Position numbers and translations under genes: made by a program. Under the pieces are notes generated by a model, which searched no databases, was not told the DNA's origin, and was given only the letters and a program-made list of their open reading frames with translations. DNA of 64,000 nucleotides from the human T2T-CHM13v2.0 reference genome, Homo sapiens. The stretch is taken from assembly GCF_009914755.1 (NCBI RefSeq), contig NC_060938.1; one strand, 5' to 3'. Shown piece by piece: positions 13,319-25,182 of this stretch (its first letter is position 1; each line of letters begins with the position of its first letter).

Positions 13319-14429
13319 TGTGTTGTTTTTCTTAGAGTAGCTTCCCTAACATAAGGAACAGAGTATCCCGATACAAACAAATATAAAACAAATAAATATG
13401 CTCACTTGTGTGGAATCAACAGGGTCACTTAAAGTGGACAGGTATCTTTGTACAGTAAGGATTCAATAAATTCTATTGATTGAATGATAACAAACACTGT
13501 TTATAAAAGGAGAAGGGTATCCTTCCTTTCTTCAGTAGCTCATGAAAGTCCTTGTCTTCAGGTATGTCATCGTGCTCTGAGATTCTCAGTTACAAAATTA
13601 GTGTGCAAGAAGCAATATATTCTTAATTTCAGCCTACTCAATATAATCTATTAACTAAAATGTCAAGGCTTTGATTACACCATAACTAGTACTCATAATT
13701 TGACCTTGAATACTACAAGAGCTGGAAATATCTTCTGAATCATCAAAGACTGACTTGATTCAATATGTTCTTTCTACTGAGCATATTTGTGGTATTAAAA
13801 AACTTTGAAATTGGTAACCTAGGGGAGCTCCTTGAGGGAAGGGCCAAAATATTGTTTGTTATAGTCTCATTAGCTATTTATACAATGCCTAGAGAAGTAA
13901 GAGCTCAATATTTGTTGAACTCAAAACATGGAAGGTAGAAATTGGTAAGGTGTGTAGCATGTATAGTAATTAAATCTGCTAACTAAAGACTTCATTAATA
14001 AGAACATCACATTGCTAATCCACAATAGGAAATAGAAGCATCATTAAAGGTTAGGAACCTTAATTTTACTGTTTATATAGCAGAATTTTGTTATGAAATG
14101 GAATTTCTCTAGTTATGCTGCCTAGAGGTAACCTTATTATATTTTTTTCTGAATGAACTTTGATTTTTAAAGGTAAATAAAAGTGCAAGAGATGGGTTTC
14201 CCAAACACACAGACATTCCTCAAGTTTGGCAATGTTATACTTTAGCAAAATCAGCACTTTAAAAATTGTATGTTGACTCCATAACTCATTTTTACACACC
14301 AGATTTAGACTTCAGAGCACTGCTAATGCTAACATTTCAACCCATCATTTTATAGCTACCTGCCAGGCAACAGTTTAATTTGGTATCATCACTTTATTTG
14401 TCCCCACAGTAGCTTATGTGACTAAAAAT

Positions 14430-16530
14430 CCATATTTTGCTGATGATGTGGCCTTATATAGAGAAAATTCTAACGACTCCACCAAAATGCTGATAGCACT
14501 AATAAACAAATTAAGCAAAGTTACAGGATACAGAATTAACATACAGAAATCAGGAACATTTCTATACACTGACAACTATCTGAAAAAAAATTTTTTTAAT
14601 CCTATTTACAAAAGCTACAAAAAATGCTTAAGAATAAATTTAACCAAGGAGGTGAAAAATCTATACATTGAAAACTATAAAACATTGATGAAAGAAATTG
14701 AAGAAGACACAAATAATGGGAATAAATGGAAAGATAGCCTATGAATTAAAAAGATTAATATTCTTAAAATGTCCATGCTATTCAAAGCCATCTACAGACT
14801 CAATTCAATCCCTACCAAAATTTCAATGACATTATTCACAGAAATAAAAAATTCTTAAAATTCATAGGGAACCACAAAACACCCTGAATAGCCAAAGCAA
14901 TCTTGAGCAAAAAGAACAAAGCCAGAGGCATCACACTGACTTCTCAAACTATACTATAAACCTAATGTAATCAAACCTATATGGTACTGGCATAAAAAAA
15001 GACACATAGACCAATAGAATACAACAGAGAGCCCAGAAATAAATCAACTTATTTATGATCAACTGAGTTTTGACAGAGATGCCAAGAACACACAATGGGG
15101 AAAGGGCAATCTCTTCAACAAATGGTGTTAGGAAAATTAGATATGCACATGCAGAAGAATGAAACTGGACTCTTATTTCACCCTATATACAAAACCCAAC
15201 TCAAAATGGATTAATGACCTAAACTTAAAAGGATACAACTGCTAGAAGGAAACATAGGAGAAAGGTCTACAACATTGGCCTGGGCAATTATTTTTTTAAA
15301 TATGACCTCAAAAGTGCAGGCAATAAAACTGAATATAGACAAATGGGATTATATATCAAATGAAAACCTGCTCAGCAAAGGAAACAATCAACAGAGTGAA
15401 GAGATAACTTACAGAAAAGGAGAAAATATTTGCAAACCATACATCTGATAAGGGGTTAAAAGCCAAAATATACAAGGAAGTCAAACAATCGCAAAAACAA
15501 AAAAACAAACAAAAAAACTAAGTAACCCAGTTTTTAAAGATGGGCAAAGGATCTGAGTAGATATTTCTCAAAAGAAGACATACAAATAGCCACTAGGTAT
15601 AAGAAAAAATGCTAATCACTAATCACCAAGGAAAGGCAAATTAAAACCACAATGAGCTGTCATCCCACACCATTTAGAATGGATATTATCAAAAAGATGA
15701 AAGTTAAAAAGTGTTGGTGAGGATGTAGAGAAAAGAAAACCCTTGTACACTGTTGATGGGAAAGTAAATTAGTACAGACATTATAGAAAATAGCATGGAA
15801 GTTCATCAAAAATTAAAAATAGAATACCCATTTGTGGATTGATCCAGCAATCTCACAAATTGATATATTTCCAAAGGAAATGAAATCAGTATATCAAAGA
15901 GATATCTGCATTCCCTATGGTTATTGCAGCACTATTCACAATAGCCAAGATATGGAATCAACCTTAGTGCCTGTCAGTGGATGAATGGATAAAGAAAATG
16001 TGGTATATATGCACAATGGAATATTAGTCAGCCTCAAATAAAGAAGGGTATCTCATTATTTGTGACAATTAGAATGAGCCTGAAAGGCATTATGTCAAGT
16101 GAAATAAGCCAGGCACCGAAAGGCAAGTCCTGCATTTATATGTCAAATCTAAAAAAGTGAAACTCAAAGAAGCAGAGTTAGAATGGTGGTTACCAGGGAC
16201 TGGTGAGGAGAGGGCAGGGGTGTTGGTAGGATGTTGGTGAAAGAATAGAAAATTTCAGCCAAAGAGGAGAAATAAGTTCAGGAGATCTCTTATACAACAT
16301 GAGGACCATAATTAATAACAATGTATTGTATACTTGAAAATTGCTGAGAGAATAGATTTTAAGTATTCTCAGCCTCCAAAATGATAAGTATGTGAGGTAA
16401 TGCATATGTTAATTAGCTTTCTTTAGCCACTTCACAATGTGTACATATTTCAAAACAACATGTTGTACACTATAACATGTAAAATTTTGTCTGTTTAAAA
16501 ATAAATACATTTTAAACAAATAAAAATATA
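14430..16530 (+). mobile_element. L1MA (about L1MA5-8), 5'-truncated ORF2 plus 3' UTR
   Basis: ORF 14418-14744 contains an FADD-like RT motif and INIQKS / INLTKEVKNLY; L1MA-type 3' UTR and A-rich tail. Confidence 0.92.
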
Positions 16531-16662
16531 TTTTATAATGTTTTCTTTATAATTTTATTAAAATATTGCTACTGGTAAAAGGAAACATAATTCTGATAAA
16601 CTTCATAAAATGGAAACAGAAAAAATAATTATTAGTTAATCAAACCAGAAAACATTAATCCC

Positions 16663-17106
16663 TGCTATGGTTTGGATATGGTTTGTCCTCACCAAAACTC
16701 ATGTTGGAATTTGATCCCTGATGGGAAGGAGTTGGGAGATCTGGACCTAGTGGGACGTGTTTGGGTCATGCAGGCAGGATTCCTAATGGATGGCTTACTT
16801 CTGTTCTCACAGTAGAGTGAGTTTTTGCTCTTGAGTGAATGGATTATTTCTCACAGGAATGGATTAGTTCCCAAGAGACTGGGTTGTTATAAAGCCAGGC
16901 TACCCCTCAGATTTTCCTATTTTTGCAGGCATTTATTTCCCCTTTGACCTTCTTCACCATGATATGATGCAGTACAAAAGCCATCACCAGAAGCCAGGAC
17001 TGTGATTTTGAATTTCTTAGCTTGCAGAACTGTGAACTAAATAAACCTCTTTTCTTTTATCCACTCTCAGGTATTGTGTTATAGCAACAAAAAACAGACT
17101 AAGACA
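16663..17106 (+). mobile_element. MSTB-like MaLR solo LTR
   Basis: TG...CA ends (tgctatggtttggatatgg ... gactaagaca) with internal aataaacctcttttc. Confidence 0.88.
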
Positions 17107-19618
17107 AGCTCCAATTAGAAATTTATTTAGCTTAAGTTGATCAAAGATCAGAGGTATGAAATATTACAGATACATAGCCAAAGATTAGCTCTAATTGGTC
17201 AGGTATAATTGTGAATTTGTAATATTTTATAAATTCCTTCTTATTGCATATAAGTCTATGTCACCTTTCAGGAACATATTTTGTAGAGCAGGATTGGACT
17301 GCCTAGAATTGACCAAGGAGATCACAGTTGTAATAGCAAGAAAGAAGATTAGAAGATTTTGGCTATTTTTCCACTTTTCTGTAAACTTATTATTTTAAAC
17401 TATTAATATATTCCATTTGGAATACACATACAATTTCTTTGTTACACTCAAGTGGAAACAAAGTGGGGTTTCTTAAGTCTCAATGAGATTATGATGATTT
17501 TTGAAATGGGAAATCGGTAGTCCTCCAAGCCTCAGCTGCTGAAGATCAGCCTTGCCAAAGCTCATGGCTAAGTGAAGACAATTTAAGAGAAGAGAATGTA
17601 GTGAAGTGACATATGTTGAAAAGAAATCACCGGCCTTCACACCTAATGCATTCCTTTACTTCTTAATGTCAAAGCAGGCATGGTTTTTCACCAACCCTAC
17701 ATTTGTACCAGATCTTTGAGAATCTGTCCCAGTGACATAGAACTAAGCCAGGCACATTTCACATGCAATTGGCTGGCTGTCACCCTGTGCTCTCCACAAA
17801 CCCTGACAGATTGCTGATTCCTGTGCTGCCCAGGAATGCTCAATCCAGGCTTTCTTTGTCTCTCTGAAACATCTGCTTAGAAAAGAGAAAGGCGTTTTCC
17901 CCTAAACCGATGTTTTGTTTTCTCATTTTCTCTTTTGGGTCCAAGTCTTTCATATTTGCTCATCTAAACTTATTCTGACACACTTTGTGTGAATTTTTGT
18001 TTCGAACTACACATGTAAAATTCAAGCTAGTGTTCTTGGGAAAATTATCAAATAACTGCTTTTGCTGATTTTTTTTAATTGAATTAGGACATATATTACA
18101 ACATCTGTTTTGTAGTTACTATAATAAATAATGTTTCACTTCTCAAGACTGAGTTACAGAAATAATTGGTTTTAACATGAGCCCATTTATTTAATATGGT
18201 CTATAAAATGTTCAAAAATTCCAAATAATATGACTGCCTAACAAAAGAACCAATCTGCTAACTGGATGAGGACTCAAGAGCTCTGTCTGAGGGCTCTACA
18301 GAAACCCATTTACAAATACTGGAGGAAGGTCTCAGCTGTCTAGTCCTGATGTTTGTTTATCCATCCAGCATAGCTTAGGGTGAAAGTCTTGTATTTGTTT
18401 CTATGGTTATAAACGGTCCCACCCTTCTGGACATTTACATTGAATCAGTCAGCCAGCCAGCCAGTTGTGCGAAAAAAGTCTGGGAGTAATTAAAATGAGA
18501 GTTATAAATTTTATTTTAATTTTTTTGCCATTGTACCATTTCTCTGTCAGAGTCTTACACAACCAAAATATCCAAGACAAGACTAATAATCTGAGAATGG
18601 TGAGAATATACTAGCAAATAAAGAACATATTAATAATTAATTCTAGCTATTAGAGCCGTATGAATCAGGTGTTCCTCCCTACCCCCCACCTGCTGTGTTT
18701 ACCATAAGGACGTAAACAAGTCCATGCAGAGCTGGCCATTCTTGGGGGCAGGCCCAGCAAGTCCTGAATTGTATGAGGAGCCCTGGAGGCTCTTGGGAAA
18801 GAATTTATTGTAAGGGAAAGAAGGGTCAAGTGCACAAGTTTGTTGTACTAGCAATGTTTCAGCAATCAGAGGAGATGGGGATGAAAACAGCGTAGCATTT
18901 GCCGTTCCAATTTGTTCTCCACTGTCCTCTCTCAGAACTGGCAGTTAGGCGACTTCCAACAAAGGCAGAAGCAAGCCTCTATGACATCTTAAGAAACGAG
19001 AGACTCTTACCTGGCACACAGCTGGCTTTAAAGCTTCAGCAGAAATAGCAGCAAAGACATCATGGCCCCAGTACCCCAAAGCCTCAGGAGCCCCTTTGAG
19101 TGGAAGAAGGAGATGGAGACTTCTTATGAGGCACTAGGAGAGTAGCATAGCACCTCCATATGGCCTCACCACTGCTGTTGTGGCAGACTAATTTACCGAA
19201 GTATTAATTTCTCTTTTATGTTGGAAAGGGATGAAGGGGTGGTTGTAGTTCTGAGAATATTAGGAGTTTGAGCCCCACTAAGTCCACATAAGAAGGATGA
19301 ACCTAGAACTCAGAGCTCCAAGACTTGCCTGGTGACCCCGACGGGCCATCCTGTTTTAAGGAACGTAGGTTTGCACAAGCAGTATGCCCAAAGGCCCTTC
19401 CCAAATATTTCAGACCACACAAGACTCAAGACTTCCACAGGACTCTTGGGGTCCCCAACAATGACAGATTGCTTAACCCAGTCTGACAAGACAGGAGCTA
19501 TAAACACAAATTTGATTTTGAAAAAAAATTTAATGTAACATTTCTCATGTTAGAGTATTATGGTAAGATCATATTCATATCTATCGGAGGATTTAAAAAA
19601 AAAACAAACAGAAATTCT

Positions 19619-19756
19619 GGGCAGGAATGGTGGCTCATGACTGTAATCCCAACACTTTGAGAGGCCGAGGTGGGAGGATCCCTTGAACCTAGGAGTTCGA
19701 GATTGCAGTGAGCTATGATGCCACTGTACTCCAGCCTGGGTGACAGAGTGAGACAG
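19619..19756 (+). mobile_element. Monomeric Alu (FRAM-like or an arm-recombined AluJ)
   Basis: Left-arm 5' sequence joined to right-arm ttgcagtgagctatgatgccactg. Confidence 0.85.
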
Positions 19757-19858
19757 ATGAAAGAAAGAGAGAAAGAGAGACAGAGAGAGAGAGAGAGAGG
19801 AGAAAGGGAGGAAGGAAGGAAGGAAGGAAGGAAGAGAGGGAGGGAGGGAGAGAGGGAA
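19757..19858. repeat. Polypurine (GA/GGAA/GGGA)n tract derived from the Alu tail
   Basis: Direct reading; short aattct duplication flanks the Alu plus tail. Confidence 0.92.
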
Positions 19859-21189
19859 TTCTGTCTATGACTGCTAAGGACCTTGTTTTTGTTCCAGGCT
19901 AGAGCAAAAGGAGGTACAAAACCAAATGCTAAGAAGCTGCTGCATTTACTGAGATAACCGTCTTCAGCTAATGTGAAGCACCTACAACTTACATAGAGTA
20001 AGTGGTAGAAAAATGTGTGTTGCAAGGAAAAGAAAAAAATATATGGCATTACTCTGGCCCCGATACAGACACCCATTTTTAAATAAAAATCTCTTATTTA
20101 TCTGGTAAACTGTTGATGAAATGGCAATACGAATGATAGATCTCGATTTTCTATCTCATCCATTGAGGATGTGTACTCTTTTGTTTTATTCATGCAGACA
20201 ATCTGCCAGTCATCATTCACATTGCATCTGCTCTATAATATCCAATAGGCATTAAAAGGCATCCTGCACAGTGAAACCTCGAACAAAATAGTGTTACTAT
20301 AACCACCATCTGGTCTGATATGAAGAGAGTGATTATTTACTTATGCCCTACCAGTCTAGAAATGCCTGGATCTGGCATGGCGGGGGAGGAATCAGTGTAA
20401 TATTTTATACAGATCACACTTAGTTACCGTGAGCATGAAAACGTTTTGGTCAACAGTCTTGAAGGCCAAGACCAGCATAGTAGTGGCATAATCCATTGAG
20501 CACAAAAGGAACATATAAGAATTTATATTTGTCCTTTGTATCTTATAATCATCAATCACTTTATATGAATAGACACTGGTGCCTACATACTCGATATGTT
20601 AGATGATCATATGCCATACATGGAACATGGGGTAGCAATTTCAAAACTCAGAAAGGCTACAGGCATAACTCTTATTTGTGAGTTTGTCTTTGGTATATGA
20701 AGACATATCACTGTGCCCAGGTAGGTGAATGCGTAGATTATATTGTGTATTTCACAAAATGAACAAGAGAATTAAAAATATTCTTAAAATGAAATCTCAA
20801 ATTGAAGTAGTCCTGATAATACAAACATGTACAAACAGTTGGAGAACAGAAGAACTGATGCTTCCCCATTCTTCAGTTATGAGATGGAAACAAGGAAATT
20901 TTAAAAAAATTTTCTAGAAGTTGCGTAGAATTAAGGACAGTACATATTGGAAATTGCAAATTCATAGGCCCTCAAGACTGTTGACCAAAACATTGTAATG
21001 CTCATTTTAATTAGCTCATTTTAATGCTAAGTGTGATCTGTATAAAATATTACACCGATTCCTTCTCCCTCACACCAGATCCTTACATCTTTCTGGGGAC
21101 AGACATTTCTAGACCGGCTTAGCACTAGTGAAGTTAAAGTTGAACTCTGTGCTAAGAATATAAAATTACACAGTCTATTAGCTAATAAT

Positions 21190-21446
21190 GTTTGGATGCA
21201 TCACCACCAGCAAGTCATTTTAAAACTGAAAAAAAAATTAGAATACTGTCAATAACCTAACTTTTAGTGAAGGAAAATATCTTTGTGCTATTAATTTTAG
21301 AAAATTATGTAAAAATATGGGCTACTTCACCTTTATCTTACTTTTTCACAGTTCCATTTTTGTGTCTGTTGTATCATGTACATGTGAGGGCGTGTGCAAA
21401 AATGTTTTACTGAGATAGGTAGATCAGTGAAGTTCAGAGACCACTA
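21190..21446. mobile_element. Possible hAT-Charlie fragment
   Basis: Ends in aagttcagagaccacta, resembling a Charlie-type TIR; the rest is not assignable. Confidence 0.35.
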
Positions 21447-22479
21447 GTTTAATTCCAGATCAGGAATGTATGCAAAAATATTTCACAGAGGGCTCTATAA
21501 TCATCCCCTGCAACACTATTGAACCCTTTTACCAAAACTAGGCCTCAAATATTTGATTAAAGAAAGTGTTCTGAGACTAAGAATAAAATTTTACAACCAT
21601 CATTTTAGGCAGGCTTATACCTTCATTTTAAATTATCACCTTTTGGTCCAAATGCATTTAATTGTTCATTGAGGAAGGAGAAGGAGCAAGGGATAAAGGC
21701 TACTGTATCTTGATCTATCAGATTTTAAAAAATTTTTTGAACCACTCTCATATGCTAGGTCTGGATTGTCAATTATTGCTTCAGTGTTCTTTAGAGTAAT
21801 AAAATATAAGCTTCCCAGAGGTGTCACTGTTCTTCTCTTTGCTGCACCCAATCTTTTCAGTACCACAAGGTAGAAGATGTCTCACAAGGATCAAACTAAT
21901 AAAGTGTAAGAGGCGATTAAGAGAATACAATTTCATAAATATCTATAGGGCAAAGGGACCATGAGCCATAGGCTTTTTGAGCATATAATATGACTTTGTA
22001 TCTTTCATGAGACTCTCTAAGTGCTTTATTTATTAGTCAATATTATTATCCTTAGGTGACAGATGGAGACATTCACACCTAGAAAGATGTAATACATCCT
22101 CAAAGTCATACATTGCGTTGAGGGCGGAGCAGCAAGTGAAGGAGTTAGCAGACATCCTATAAAGCTATATTTATACCAGGTGTGCTTTGAGAAGAACTGG
22201 GCAAAGCTTGTGAATAAAAACAAGCTATTACAATCAGCCGCACTACCTATTTCTCTCTTTCCAAACAAAGGCCTGAGAGATGAGAGAGAAAAGAAAGGCA
22301 AAGCAATGTTTACAATATGCATGGGAAAAAAATGATATTTGACATTTGGTTTTAAAAACATTTTTTAGGTTATGTGAATAATTCCATGAACCAAAGTAGA
22401 AATTATGTAGTTTAACATCAGTTTACCCCACCCCCATTTCAATCTTACACAACCCCGCTGCCTCCACCAGACCTACCAG

Positions 22480-22700
22480 GTTTAGCACAGTGCTTTGTGT
22501 ATATCCGTAGTTCACTTTCTCTTTATAGTGCCTGGCATATCATAATCACTCAAAGAACTGTTGAATGAATAAATGTAGATAGATATTAATATTAATATCT
22601 CCATCTTAGTGACACCAGCTCAGAACAATCAGCTTGGACAGTCATGCCATTCATTCATAGCAGAGCTGGGATTTTTAACTCTTTCTCCACCCTCTTGCTT
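22480..22700. mobile_element. L2 3' end and MIR fragments
   Basis: tagtgcctggcatatcataatcactcaaagaactgttgaatgaataaat (L2 end) followed by a MIR-like gcagagctgggattt. Confidence 0.55.
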
Positions 22701-25171
22701 TGCCTACCACTAAGAAGCTTATCAAGGAATCTCAACCCATGCAGTACTCTTTTAGAAGAGATCTAGAAAATAGAATGTTCTCTATTTTGTACATTTCCAG
22801 CAATGTTCAAGTATCTCATGATTTTTCTGCTATTCCATTTAACTCCACCTTAAATCCTACAGCTCATAAAACATGGCTTATGTCACTAGTTTAGCAATAA
22901 AACACCTTTACTATGACATCTCTAGTGCTATTATTTTATTTTACATATTTTGTAACCTCAACTCAAGTTTACATTCTTTGAAGGCAGAAGCCCTGTGTTA
23001 CTTACATTTTTTAAATTACTTTCAGCATCTTGTGCTGTGTTGTTGACATAGTGATAGATACTTAGCATTTGTAGTAAACTGATCATAATCAAAGAACAAC
23101 ATTACTACTGTTATTCTGTGATTGGACATCAAGAGAAAGCTTCCTTAACCCTCACACCCAGCATCTTATCACTATAAAGACCACTGAAACAATAGTTGAT
23201 GGTCCAGGCCCAGCCATGAGATTGGCACACGTTTTTTTTAATCTGATGTATCAAAATACAATAACCTCTATCCCTTGCTCCTTCTTCTTCTTCAATAAGC
23301 AATTACACACATTTTAGGGAAAAGAAGATAATTCAAAAATTCAATACTTTTTGGTCCAGCTAACAGTGAGAAATGTTAAGGCCTTAGGGCCACGTTATAC
23401 TGAATGGATATTTTCTTTTATAGCTCACATACCTTTTTATTTTTATATATAACCAAAGATAATGCATGTGACGGTTTTCCATATCTATGGTATGATTGGC
23501 AGTTTCCACTCTCCTCAAAGTGAAAGGAAAACACTGGTTATACCAAGGGTAGGTCATATAGCCAATGGGTTCCAATGGCCCAAGTACAAAGTATAATGTA
23601 CAAAAGTGTCCAGTGACTGCACTAATCTAATGAGGCTGGTGTGCCATGTTTGTCAAGTGTGGAGCTCTCTTGCACAGGTACTGACAGCTGGTAATGAGAT
23701 ACAGAAACTTTTTCCACATCAGTAGCCCAATCCCTCCTGGCTTGGAGCTGTCCCAAGATCTGTGCCCTCTGCTACTGTGTTTATGACACACAGCACAGCA
23801 TGGGCTGCTGAACGTGCCCATTTTTCAGTTCAAGGGGTGCTCAACCATTTCTTCCACATCTTTACTCATGAGAAGTGATTTTCCAAATTCTTGGATCCTG
23901 GAAATGACCCAAACATAGCTCACTAAACTAATTTCTCTCAGAGTTTTTAAACGCATGTGCATTTGAGCATAAACACTATCCATATGTTTCTGATTCATTT
24001 ACACTGAACTCATCAAAGGACTGTGTTGTAAGAGTTGTTTGATGTCCAAGAATACTTGAGGGGTTTTTTTAAGATGGAATTTTATACTTTCTTTCACCAT
24101 TTTCCTTAGGAAGCCGAATGTTGTTGAGAGTAAACAAACATGGACCCCCAAGGATCTGGGGTTTATTCTTATATTCAAAATTCAGAAGGAGGTAACTCGG
24201 CAGGAAAGGCATCCCTGGCCTCTGGTGTAACCTGGCACTATTCCCCAAAGTGTAGGAAGTGCTTAGGGTGAACAGGGATACTCCTTTCAGGAGACCTTCT
24301 TTTACTTGGAGATTTATTCATTGGATCCCAAAAGGCCATTACAAAACCTAAAACAAATACAACTCTTGGAAGCTAGCTGGGGTCTCTTGCTTCCCAGTTT
24401 GAGGAGAAAGCTTTAAAATGTTTCTACTGCAATTGTTCTTCATTATTGGAAGAGAACCAGAGAAGGCTTTTTAGGAAACCCAGTATTTATTCACCTGAAA
24501 GCATCCGTGTCCTACATTTATATGCTAAAGAGACAAGACAAGCATCTGTGGCTACAGCTGAGAACTAATTAAGGTTGCTCTTTAACAAACATTATGTGGT
24601 TCATTCCATTCTTCCTTGATTAAGAACAAAAGAGAAGGAGAGTCATTTATTGTCATGAGTCACTTGAGGTACAATGGAAGGAATTCCAAAACGCTGCTGA
24701 GACAAAACAAAACTGACATTATGAAAGCCATGTCTAAACACTAATTTAAACTGTCAACTCACTACCAAGGAAGACTCTTGACAGACAGAGAATTAAAGCT
24801 TTAAAGACCTCATAAATCACTGAGGAGATTAGCACCAGCGTGAATGAGTTAAAATACACTTCTGCCTTCAGAGCGTTACAGGGGTTCAAAGCAGTCCTCT
24901 AGGATTTGATGGGAAAATTAGTTGTAATAACTAGGAAGAGAAAAATTCCCAAATATAGCTTCTTGGGGATTTCACAGTGCAGGCTTCACCCACCACAGTT
25001 ATTTCAGGTACCTGACTTAGTGAAATATAATATAGATGCTTTTGGGATCCAACATATAGCACAATAAAAATGACTTTTGAGAAATGTTGGAATCCAAAAA
25101 CATTATTTACAAATACCAAACATTTTTCAAACCCCAAACCACTAAAAATAACTGAAATTTAACCTAAATGT

Positions 25172-25182
25172 ATGACTCAGCA
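25172..25182 (+). promoter_or_regulatory. Perfect ARE / NF-E2 / CNC-sMAF motif ATGACTCAGCA
   Basis: Exact match to consensus RTGASTCAGCA in apparently unique sequence; function not shown. Confidence 0.45.

Noticed and set aside
19558-20076. 172 aa minus-strand ORF
   Set aside because: It reads through the (CT)n/(CCTT)n tract and an antisense Alu ([11 protein letters not shown])
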